Assembly (NCBI RefSeq): GCF_964204645.1
Contig: NC_134027.1
Coordinates: forward strand, 10,820,485 to 10,884,484
DNA: 64,000 bases
DNA from: Tubulanus polymorphus
Taxonomy: Eukaryota; Animalia; Nemertea
Reading direction: 5' to 3'
This document shows positions 28,651 to 39,328 of this stretch, one piece after another. The notes under the pieces were generated by a model. The model was not told the DNA's origin. It was given only the letters and a program-made list of their open reading frames with translations, and ran no database searches. Numbering within the stretch: position 1 is the stretch's first letter; each line of letters begins with the position of its first letter. The translations under genes and the position numbers were made by a program.

Positions 28651-29419
28651 CTGATACCGATCCCAGTTTCTTTTCCAAGCGCCTGGAGGAGGACCAGTAT
28701 TCTTCACCATGACATCGCTACAGATGACACAGAGACGATTACAAAAAGAGAAGCCTCAAGACAATTTAGAGGCAGTGATCATAGACATTGCAAAAAAGCA
28801 GAAACCAACGGCAAGTTTCCAACGAGCTGCAGCTTCAACAAATCAAATTGAGAACTCACCCTTACCCACAAGTTTGCTTTGAAAATCAAACTATCCAGAC
28901 GTCAACAGCCTCTGTTCTGCTATTCTTACACATGGCCAAGGCAAGTCTATTTTCTAAACTAACTCCCCACTCCCCCTCCCCCCCTAACCAAAACCTAAGA
29001 CTCATTCATTCCTGATATTACTAAGCCGCTCCCTCACCCTCCTCCAACCTGACCCTATTTGGTGTATTCCGTCCACGCCAATTTCTTTTTGCTCCATACT
29101 GACCTAACCTTCCCATATAAGTCATTATTAGCTTCCAATAATAGTCACTCCGTCACTACGCTACCCATGGACCCTTCTTTTTGGAGTTCATATACGCTAC
29201 CTTATCCCAACCTCTTAATATTCCATTCCCTCTTTAGTATTTTTTTTACAATAGTTACCCAAAATCTATTAATAGTAACTAATAGCTCTTATTTCTTCCC
29301 CAAAAACTTCCACCTTGTAACCTGAGCCACTTCTTAGTTTGCGCGCAGTGTACGCTTCAGTTGTTATCGACAAAATACTATTGTGGTTCCTTGCGAAGAC
29401 TATGCAACCCGGAGTCCAA

Positions 29420-29575
29420 TCCATATAGGATGCAGGCAGCGTGAAGTGCTTGCAAATCTAGCCCAAGACATTGAAGATGCTTTCCAACAAAAGATGTTAG
29501 TCCTGCGGCCGTATTATTCGACTTATCAAAAGCCTTTGATAGAAGATGGAAATAAAGTCTACTACTCAGACTTAC
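29420..29575 (+). pseudogene. degenerate non-LTR (LINE) reverse transcriptase fragment
   Basis: LANLAQDIEDAFQQK, then after a frameshift AAVLFDLSKAFDRRW*SLLLRL, matching the LINE RT motif 'avflDlskAFDtvw'. Confidence 0.7.
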
Positions 29576-29902
29576 GGAGGCACGGGGGCGGATACAGGGT
29601 TCGGGATATAGGGTTTGAATTTAACTTAAAATCATTAACTTTTAAGAATGACAACGACGACTTTCGAATAACCCAGCGCCTGTGAAATTCCGTCCTTTGA
29701 TTGAGAAATTACCGAAAACGTAAGTAGGAAAATACAACGAAAGGCTATACTGATCGAATTTGTAATATTCACTTCCAAAATTTGTGATGAATTTTACTCC
29801 TTTTAGCTTGATAACGGAAAAGTTTTTCATTCGTCACCCGTCACATTCGTCACATTGAAATTGTAAATATTCACTTCCAGAATTTTTGTCATATTTTACC
29901 TC

Positions 29903-30928
29903 TTAGCTTCTACAACTAAAAAGTTTTCGAGTTTCTTGGCGGAAAGTTGTACTTAAAATGAAGTAAAAGACGCCATTGAAAGTCGAATTTATTGCATTTG
30001 AATATTCATTCGTCAAATATAGAATGCCCCATACCTTCGACCAACGGAATGGGTCCAATTTTTTGTTTAAATTCATCAGGTATGGAAATCGCTCCACGGT
30101 ATTGATAACCATTTGTGGAATGCTACTGCAGATGAAAATAATGGCAGCTGCCACGATCATTATCGTGCTCTGGATGTCAATTGACTTTTTACCAGAAGCT
30201 GTTCCCACTTCATCTGCCTGTTTACTGGAATACGTTATTAATCTATACAAAAGAACTGACGTGCATATCCCAATTCCAATTGATGGTAAATATAAATGCG
30301 TCATATCGACAACGAAGCGCAAGTTTTTGCCCTTGTACGTATTTCGCTGTTTTCGGAGGGTTAAGCCTTTGTAACAAGGATCAGTGGTTGGTACATGTTT
30401 GAACACCAAAGTGGCATAGAAAATGTGAAATATTGTAAAAACTATGAAAGTTACTATTGCAAATATTGAGCATTGCTTAATTTTCCAGTATTTTCGCGTC
30501 CATAAAGGGGCGTAAATGTGTACGAAACGATCAAATGACACCATCAGAGTGAGAAGATTGCGCCACCTCCAAAACAACTGTAAACAGTTATTACTGAGAA
30601 CGTACATCGCGAATGCGCCATCGTCAAAATAGGTTTTGAGAACAATCTCGGGTTCGTAATAGATGAACTTGACCAGGATAACGCCGTCATGGTACATGAA
30701 CGTGGCAATACAAACTCCGATATCGGATATCGACAGGATGAACAAAGTGTAAAACGCTGACGAGTTGTTTCGTTTGTACAATCGCTGCAAGACTATTGCA
30801 CAAGTTAGATTCAGAGCCAATCCTACCACTCCGATCGGACCGATCATGTACATGTAATGGAACTGCTTCGTGTAGAAGTGCGGGCTCCGGTGACATACTT
30901 GGCTGAAGTTCGCATCTGTGGAAGACAT
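29903..30928 (-). CDS. intronless class A (rhodopsin-like) GPCR, orphan, peptide-receptor-like
   Basis: 341-aa ORF with seven hydrophobic segments, TM1 GLALN, TM2 LSISD, TM3 SFDRFVHIYAP and TM7 NSTFNGVFY followed by helix 8 (STTFRQE). Confidence 0.9.
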   Translation of the reverse strand: MSSTDANFSQVCHRSPHFYTKQFHYMYMIGPIGVVGLALNLTCAIVLQRLYKRNNSSAFYTLFILSISDIGVCIATFMYHDGVILVKFIYYEPEIVLKTYFDDGAFAMYVLSNNCLQLFWRWRNLLTLMVSFDRFVHIYAPLWTRKYWKIKQCSIFAIVTFIVFTIFHIFYATLVFKHVPTTDPCYKGLTLRKQRNTYKGKNLRFVVDMTHLYLPSIGIGICTSVLLYRLITYSSKQADEVGTASGKKSIDIQSTIMIVAAAIIFICSSIPQMVINTVERFPYLMNLNKKLDPFRWSKVWGILYLTNEYSNAINSTFNGVFYFILSTTFRQETRKLFSCRS

Positions 30929-31227
30929 TGTGTCGATGTCTTGCTCTCAACTACCAATCTACTGAAAGAAGGGGGCGAACTTTCACCCTATACCCCACGA
31001 TAACAACCGTTGGAAACTATCGACTAATAGATTATTTAGTGCTCGTGTCTTTTTGCCTTGAAGGCATTTTCCCTCAAGCAATCATCTTGCAAATTGCATA
31101 TCTCCGACATTGTACACGGACGCCAAGCGAGAGAAAATTACCATACTTAACGCTACTCATGAAACAGTTACGTATAATATTCAGAGTAAAAATCGAAATC
31201 TTACTCATTGGTTCTGACTATCATTAT

Positions 31228-31351
31228 AGCCGTGATCGCACGGAGACGATTGCCCCGTCCTAAAATCCTTGTCCGACGTTTTTGGTCGAGCCAAACAAAC
31301 ACGGGTCCACTTGGCACCCATCGGGCCGAAAATGCTCGTATGATCGCGGCT
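31228..31351. mobile_element. MITE family A short copy upstream of the GPCR
   Basis: AGCCGTGATCGCACG...CGTATGATCGCGGCT termini. Confidence 0.75.
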
Positions 31352-32059
31352 TATCAGATACACATGAATCGTACAGCGATGTAGATTAATGTGGATACAA
31401 CCACTACCAGGACTGGGTGAATATTTCTGATTGCTCACCGGTCACATTCGTTTGGTATCGGGGTAAAGCAATATAACATTTTCCATATCAAGCATATGCA
31501 AGTTACCTCTCGATTTCTATCAATCTCAAGGAACAGTGAATGGTCATCTGAAATACTTAATGACTGATTGAGTATTAATGAAAACCCTACGGAAGAATCC
31601 GGTTTTAAAACTGATGATATCATTCATTTCTTCCAACCATAAAACCTTACCCTCCGCCAGGCCCTTTTTTAAATACCTGTCTCAAAATAAGAATAAATGA
31701 TTGGTCACCAGAACAAATTATCCTTCCCTTTTTTAATATCTAATTCTCCGTTCATATTTTAGTTATTCTAAGGCTTATTAGTCTTGAAAAATTGATACCT
31801 TGTTTCTCATGTACGTATGTACCTTGTACATTACTTTTTTTACAACATGATCTAGTTAACTATAACAGACCCGGCACCGGTCATTCATTGACACTGACTT
31901 GGCACTGTGGTTTCAAACAAATGGGTAAATGGCACCAGTAAGTGGAAGAAACAACCATCAGCTCCTATGGCTTATCCGGGGGGTCACTTCCGACTATAGT
32001 ACCACATGAAAGGACGATTTTGCAGAAAGAAATGGAGGCGCTAGTATATCTATGGATGG

Positions 32060-33788
32060 AATGTAGGTAGAAATCCCCCCGGTAAATATCCCCCCGGTAT
32101 AAATTCCACACGGTAACCCCCCCCCCCCCCCAGGTAATAATCCCCCCGGTAAAAATCCCCCATTTTCAGTTTTCTATCAAATTTAAGTAAAAACCTAAAT
32201 GAAAACCGATAATACTTTTTACAATAATACTTAGATAATACATAGATAGGTACACAGATATTTGCTATTACTTTTAAACTAGATTTCTACATAGAAATTT
32301 TCAGAAATACGATATCATTTTCATGCAGAATAATGTCATTTTTATGCACGTAGCCTGGTCAAAGTCATCGATTATCCAAGCCGAATATTGTGAAAAACAT
32401 CACGGAAAATCTGAAATTTTTTGACGCCTTATAAAACGTTACCATCATGAAACCTAAACAATGCTAACCATTCAGCGTCATTTTACAAACGACAGCCGTA
32501 AATCGATGTGCAAAACGTCACAGGTTTATGTGTACACAAACAAGCTATCTGGCAAAATATTATTGACATAGATGTAGAATGGCTTCCTGTGATTATATAA
32601 TGACCTATATTTGAACGTCGAAATGTTATATTGCATTGAATATCATTAGAAGACGTATTGTAATAGTAAAGGATGTATGATTATATCAGAAGCGGCAGGC
32701 ATAAATAGAAATGATAAGTAAATCGGATTATTCGGTTAAATGGCGGATGTATACACGATGCGGAAGTCTGATATAAAAGTCAGACCCTGACGTGGGCATG
32801 CCGGTGGAATGACGAAGCTATCTACGATGTGTGTAGGGCTGGCGTAAATTTCATCAGCGGCTACAAGCGGTTAATATGAAAATGTGTAAACATATAATTT
32901 CAATATTCAATCGTTTGTGAAAATATGTTTGATATTAGGAGTATGCAAGTTTCGTGAGATTAGCAATTTATAATAGCATAGCTGTCATATACGGCTCCGT
33001 GTCCTCTGATGGCATGTGTATTAGGTGACAATTCAATTCAATTCTTTATTGATCCTTATTACATTGAAATTCCGGGATAAAATTCCCAAATTCAATAAAT
33101 ACAAATTTTAAAATAAATCAATACAACATACATGACACACGGGTAATTCATACAGAACAACATAAGCATGTTATTTTAAATGACAATGTCTACTTCAACC
33201 CACCCAGACTCAAGACTCTAGGAAATCGAGTGACAGCCAAACGCGTGGCCCGGGCCCGCGGACCGGGCCGGCTGGCTAGGCCACACGATATGCTCGAAGT
33301 CATAATGAAGCAGACATCAGAAGAGCTCTTTCTTCATCCATGGAGGCAATGAAGTTGCAGACCAGCTTAGAGGCATAAGTAAATGAAGTCGGTCGCAAGT
33401 TCGCGATCAATTATTGAGAATTTTCAATAAAAAAATTTAAACCACTACTAGAGTCGAAGACCTGTATCATCTACCCAATCGCCAAATCTCATCATTCCCC
33501 AAATTTCTTAAAACTTCGATTTCAAATTTGCAATTCCACATTAGCTTAGCCCAGAAATTCTACATTTTTTTCCCAGGCGTCAAATAATTTTCTAAAATTA
33601 ATTTTCTTGTTGAAAGCTAATAGGCCTTTAAGTTATTCAACATAAGAATATTGAAGTATTTTGTTGATAATTGCTGTGAAATCAAATTTGGGGGGATTTT
33701 TACCAGGGGGGATTTTTACCTATGGGGGATTTTTATCGGGGGGATATTTACCGGGGGAATTTTGCCGGGGGGATTTTTACCTGTTACC
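32060..33788. mobile_element. ~1.7-kb foldback/Mutator-like DNA element with modular terminal inverted repeats
   Basis: Left end has tandem GGTAAAAATCCCCCC-type units (32065-32165); right end has the inverse GGGGGGATTTTTACC units (33690-33785). No intact internal ORF. Confidence 0.75.
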
Positions 33789-34751
33789 CTAAGGAAGCGG
33801 GTGGAAAACAATTCGTGGTGGATTAAAAAGTACCCAGATATCTCGATCGTAGTACGTACGTACAATAATACCTTTACTACGATCTTAATCCGCTCCTGCG
33901 CCTTTTTACCACGCAAAGGCATAGATCCGTCCGCATTCTTTTAATTTCTACCCTAATTTCGTCCTTAGAAATTTACCATCACGCAGCCTTAATGTATATA
34001 TACTACCACGAATAGATACTGGGGAAATTTTCAGTTCTCGGTATATTACAGCGCTGTGCATTGCTACACAATATACGAATTGATCATTGTCATACTGGTT
34101 TTATCCAGTTGCTGTCTAGGTTTACGACCCCTGAGAGTAAGAATTGACCTTTCAAAAAGGTATGTCACCTTGTGTTGCTTTGTTATAGATTTTGTCTACC
34201 ATGTCAAAGCTGTCAACTATTCCTGATTTGCAGTATACATTTTGTTACATTTCTTGTCCCGAGAAACACATATTTGATCTTTTTAAGTATAATGAAATAT
34301 GAAAAATATTACTGAGGATTTGCCTTTGATTACTGATTGATTTGAATATTTTCTATCATATCTCAATGAATGTTACTGAGAAAATTAGACTTGTTACTGA
34401 TATCACTTATCAGAGGTTGGCAGCTTGGTATGCCAGGTGCAATAACATTGTCAATACAATACATATACCTGAAATAGAATTAATGAATCTGACTCCAATC
34501 TATGAAATTTAAAGTCTCTTTCCTTCATTCTACTTGAGTCAAAGAAGACGCTTTGGCAAATAAGCTTAGATTGATATATAACAATGCTATTGTTTTGATA
34601 AGGTTATTTCTGCCGATTGTTTCGTGTTCTTCTTGATCAAAAACAGAATAAAATGCCTAGGGCAAAATAATACAGGATGCTATTTATCTATACTTTGAAA
34701 GTGAAGTAATAAAGTTAAAAACATGTATTTTATAATATTTTTAGGTGAGAT

Positions 34752-35495
34752 ATGGATGACTACCTTCGTTTCCTCCAAGCACGGCTTAATCGAGCCGACA
34801 AAGAATCGGATGAGCTAGCCGAGACAAACCCTCTGAGAAGTAGGACAAATTTTCCTGCCTTTCGAGAACTGTGTGGCGAAGATGAAATAGATACAACATT
34901 TTATAAAGAAGATATCCCAGGCTCGGGCCATTACGTTCGTGGTCGACATTGGTGTTTTATGGGTGAAATAGTGAATGATACTTGCTCACAATTACCCGGC
35001 TTTTTCAACCGAAACAGGATTTTTGTTCGAGATGTCAGCGGAGATGAAGAATTCAATATCAGTTTTTATCACGATCCCTTTCAGAGCATGTTCTTCGATT
35101 TTACAGCTTTAAAGAATGGTCACACGATATGTATCAGGTACGCGGAACGTCATCAGTTTATGGACGGCTCCGTTGGAGTCCGGGTCGAACATCTTAAAAA
35201 CGTCCTTGCTATAAGAACCGACCTGAAAAATCTCTTCGAAATCTCCGAAATCAACCCATTGAAAAAACAGCATAACTGTTGGCAATGTTCGAAAAGCGAG
35301 TCAAATTTGGAGAAGAAGCTTTTCAAGTGTTCCCGGTGCAAGTATGCTAAATACTGCGATAAAAGCTGTCAGACGAAAGATTGGCCGAATCACAAGAAGC
35401 ATTGTAAATTTATTGCCGACTTTATTAAGCTCACCGACTTGAAGTTCGATCAATACGAGGACAGCATTCCGTTTATTAACACGTGGCCATTTTAA
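34752..35495 (+). CDS. MYND zinc-finger protein, paralogue 1
   Basis: 247-aa single-exon ORF with C-terminal CWQC...CSRC...YCDKSCQTKDWPNHKKHC (MYND pattern). A splice acceptor (TTTTAG) just upstream suggests a 5' UTR intron. Confidence 0.9.
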   Translation: MDDYLRFLQARLNRADKESDELAETNPLRSRTNFPAFRELCGEDEIDTTFYKEDIPGSGHYVRGRHWCFMGEIVNDTCSQLPGFFNRNRIFVRDVSGDEEFNISFYHDPFQSMFFDFTALKNGHTICIRYAERHQFMDGSVGVRVEHLKNVLAIRTDLKNLFEISEINPLKKQHNCWQCSKSESNLEKKLFKCSRCKYAKYCDKSCQTKDWPNHKKHCKFIADFIKLTDLKFDQYEDSIPFINTWPF

Positions 35496-36141
35496 ATTGG
35501 AGCTTATTCTTATTAATCATTAAGTGGAACTGAAGTATTTCTTTTTACGTATAATGTTGATATTATTGATATACATACTCGATGTTCACATACGACGTGT
35601 GTTATCTAAGACACGAATATAGATTTAAAACAATAATTTTCATGTAGTTAAACTCGTCATCAAAGTCGTAATTACTAAAACTTAAATTATCATACTATAT
35701 AATCTAATATCAATTTACATACATACGTGCATACACGTACATTCGACAAGATAAAGCATTTGAAATGGCATTCGGTCAAAGTATAAGAGCCGTCAAATTA
35801 GTCTGAAATACTTGCATTAGATCGTTACGTATATCCAGTATCAAAAGTGTTAGATTTTCTTACTAGGGGCGAAATTATTTTCTATATCCGATGAATCGAT
35901 GTTTCGAGTTCGTTATAACTAACGAAATTCCATTGTAGTCGTTTAAATTTGTCTGAAACATATTAAGTGCAATGTACTTGTTGTCATCAGACGACCGCGT
36001 GTATTTGTTTACTTCTTATCTCGGAACCGATAAAAACTTGATGTTACCTGCGCAGATACAGTGGGAGGTCACTGTAATGGCTGTGGCACCAGCGTATATG
36101 GTTTCCCCAAGTAGGCCTAAGGTACGTGGTAAGCGGGCAAC

Positions 36142-36209
36142 CTAGTCTGAATACCAGTCGTTGTTACCGGTTCCGTTGTTTGCGGAACGACGGCTAGGTA
36201 CTAGACTAG
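36142..36209. mobile_element. 68-bp hairpin micro-element with 8-bp flanking direct repeat
   Basis: CGGGCAAC | CTAGTC...GACTAG | CGGGCAAC, with a self-complementary interior. Confidence 0.7.
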
Positions 36210-36393
36210 CGGGCAACCAAGCTTTGTTCTACAATTTTCCAAACATTATAAACCGTGTATTATCTACTTATTACCAAAGAACCCCTATAAATTAATCGTG
36301 TTATGTGATGTGCAATTTGTGTTCGCAAATTATTGCGTAATCAACTTATAAAATTGTGAAACGGCGTACTAGATTCCCCGCAGATTTCTAAAG

Positions 36394-36610
36394 TATGGAA
36401 GCCCTGAGACGGCATCTTACATTCACCTCCTTGCTTGCCGCAGAACCACTTAACGTGCCACCATTCACCTAGCCATTTAGTCATCTCGACTTGAGACTCT
36501 GAGATCTTTCATGCGACAGCGTGTCTTAAAGTTTGATATTTCGGTATTGCAGACTTTTTGCCATTTAAACAAATTGGGAACTCTTAAGATATCGTCTCAG
36601 GGCTTCCATA
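36394..36610. mobile_element. MITE
   Basis: Inverted termini TATGGAAGCCCTGAGACGGCATCTTA ... TAAGATATCGTCTCAGGGCTTCCATA. Confidence 0.75.
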
Positions 36611-37701
36611 ATACTACGAGTAAATCGATGTGAATTCCCCTAGTACGGTACGCGGTAACAGCAGCCTGGGATTCTATGTATACTTACTCCACTTCTACGT
36701 AGTAATCGTCTATAAAAGCTAACATTCACAACGGTTATTGAATAGGTTCGTATTAGGTATTCTTTACTATGTTTATGTTCTTTTTTCGTAATACAGGGGT
36801 TCTTTGAATATACAGTAAACATTGCGTAAGGCGGATCGGCGAAAGTCTGATTACCGCTTATATCGGATGAATATTGATGGTTCCAATTTATTTACAAGAC
36901 GAAGAACCAGATATCTTAGCAAAAAAGGTGCATCATTCTTCAGGATTTCATCTTATTGCCTTGAAACTACATCTTAATGCATGCAGTAAATTTCAGAAAG
37001 CAATTTGCATCAGGAGTCATTTATTGCTTGAAAATTGCACGAAAATACTAAGCAGCAAACTATAGGTATAGGTCAAGGTCTGAATATTGTAGTGCTAAAT
37101 TCCCGGATTTAAAACGATCTGATACTACGCCCCGGTGTTTTAGCTTCTGCGGCCATACATTGGGAGAGGTTTCGTTCCCAAGACTCAATATTCAGCCACC
37201 CTCTGATATGTGACATCATATAAATTTTATTTGAATATTTTTTCATATCGTGAAAAATATTTTTTTGAAAATATAAATAGTTACCCTGCCGCGCCTGCCT
37301 GTACCCTACGAAATTTTGGAGGTAGACCATAAACAAATGTTTATCTTTGGTCTTATTTGACTACAAAATAATACTGTAAGAAAGATAAAATACAATATAA
37401 ACTTCTAGAACTTTGAAGTCACGAATTAATAAGATTTTTCAAGCAATGCGCTTACTCCAAACAACCTCTAGCTTTCAAGGTAAACCACACTTTGCCCATG
37501 GGCAATTTATTTAAGATTGGATTTTATTTTTCCGTTTGCAGAAATTAATTCTCAAACTTGTAGTTTTCTGGAAAAGGCTGGAAATTCGACTTTTTGTGAG
37601 TCGGGGGACTTTTCTTGGTCCTAAAAGATCCGACTCAATGTAGATCCGTTTTGTTTGTTTGTTTTTTTCAGTAGACATACGGCTAAGCTTGTGAACAATC
37701 A

Positions 37702-38436
37702 ATGATGTTTGGTGGGTTTCGCTTTCGTCCTCAGGCTACTGAACAAGAGGAAGCCGAGGAGGTAAAATCATTTTTTGAAAAAGATCCTTTGAGAAGTAGA
37801 TATTTCCCTGCGTTTGCTGATCTTTGCAACGAGGATGATATAGATTTGTTCTTTTTTCGCGAGTCAAGTCCTGCGTGCTATGCAATTCGCCGTCATTGGT
37901 GCTATATCGGAGAAATAGTGAATGATGAAATATCCCACATTCCGGGGCCCATGTTTCGTAATCAAGTACAAGTGCGCGATATCAATGGAGACGTAGTAAA
38001 GGTTTTCTTCCACCCCGACCCGCCAACTCAGATGATCTACTTTAACGTCAAGGATTTGAGGAATGGCCACACTCTTTGCGTTCGATACGCGCAGCGACAC
38101 TATTTCATGGATATGACCGTCGGTTTGCGTTTGGAAAACATTCAGTTCGTCCACGTCGTCAAAACGGGACTGCAAAATCTGCTGGAAATATCTGCCATCA
38201 ATCCTTTGAAGAAGACGAAAACCTGTTGGCATTGTTCAGAAAAAGAGGACGCTACGACTCCGCTCTACAAATGTGCAAAGTGCAGACGTGCAAAGTATTG
38301 CAACAAGGATTGCCAAAAGGAAGACTGGAAGATTCACAAGAAACATTGTAAATTTATTGACGATTTCATCAAGCTAACAGATATGGACTTTGAAAATTAT
38401 GAAACTTCGATTCCTTTTAAAAATCTGGGCTTTTAA
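37702..38436 (+). CDS. MYND zinc-finger protein, paralogue 2
   Basis: 244-aa ORF colinear with 34752-35495 (PLRSR.FPAF..LC.ED.ID, RHWC..GEIVND, NGHT.C.RYA.RH.FMD, EIS.INPLKK) and ending in a MYND finger. Confidence 0.9.
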   Translation: MMFGGFRFRPQATEQEEAEEVKSFFEKDPLRSRYFPAFADLCNEDDIDLFFFRESSPACYAIRRHWCYIGEIVNDEISHIPGPMFRNQVQVRDINGDVVKVFFHPDPPTQMIYFNVKDLRNGHTLCVRYAQRHYFMDMTVGLRLENIQFVHVVKTGLQNLLEISAINPLKKTKTCWHCSEKEDATTPLYKCAKCRRAKYCNKDCQKEDWKIHKKHCKFIDDFIKLTDMDFENYETSIPFKNLGF

Positions 38437-39328
38437 TTGTTTCGTCAATTGCATACATTTACCTACGTATGATACGTCATGTGTAATTCGTTAATCAAAT
38501 AATGATCACTATTCGATGTAATCTGCAGTACGTGAACTCATTCTTATTTCTGGGCGTTCTGTATCGTTCTACGTGTCTCGATATAATCATGGACTCTTCG
38601 TTTTTTAGAGTCCATGATATGATGAAGAAATCGACCATACAGATATTACGTAACATAGATACGTGTATATATGAGGACATCAATCTGCTACCCCTTACCT
38701 AATGCTCGCTTTACGCGGGTTCAGGTCCTCATTCCGGGCATACCACTAGCTTAAAAACACAATACAAATTGATAAAAAGTATGTGCCCTACACCTGGTGA
38801 AAAGGTTTAAGCTTTAAACGGTGTAAGTCTCAAATGTTGCCGGCATAGAAAACATGAATTGACTCAATTTTAATTAAACCGCATAATTTTCTTGAAACTT
38901 GAGCCGCAATGTAGGCTGCAACCTGTATGACGTTGGACTAAAATATATACACTGTTCAATAATTCTGGGATGGAGCTATGATATTCATAGGGCTGGGTTC
39001 CAGGGAAGTAAAAAGGGACCATATATGAAATGTAACTGTAATGACGATCCAAGCAACGACCGTGAGGGGGGTACTCGACAATATAAATGTTTTGAAATTC
39101 TGGGAAGAATTTGGTGAGATTTCATCATTTGCATGAGAAATACCAGTTGTTTGTTATTATATTCGCCTTAAATGAAAAAAATGCACTTAAGGATTTCTTT
39201 TTGGGGACCTTCAAATTTAGGTGGGGCGAACCCCCTTAACTCCCTCTAAATCCACCCTTGTGATATACGATACGCTAGAGCACAAAGTGCGTGCTGTGCA
39301 ATAATTAAAGGTTTTCATTCACAGAATT

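Noticed and set aside
32065-32165. CRISPR-like repeat array
   Set aside because: Eukaryotic context and no unique spacers; the repeats are subterminal modules of a TIR element.
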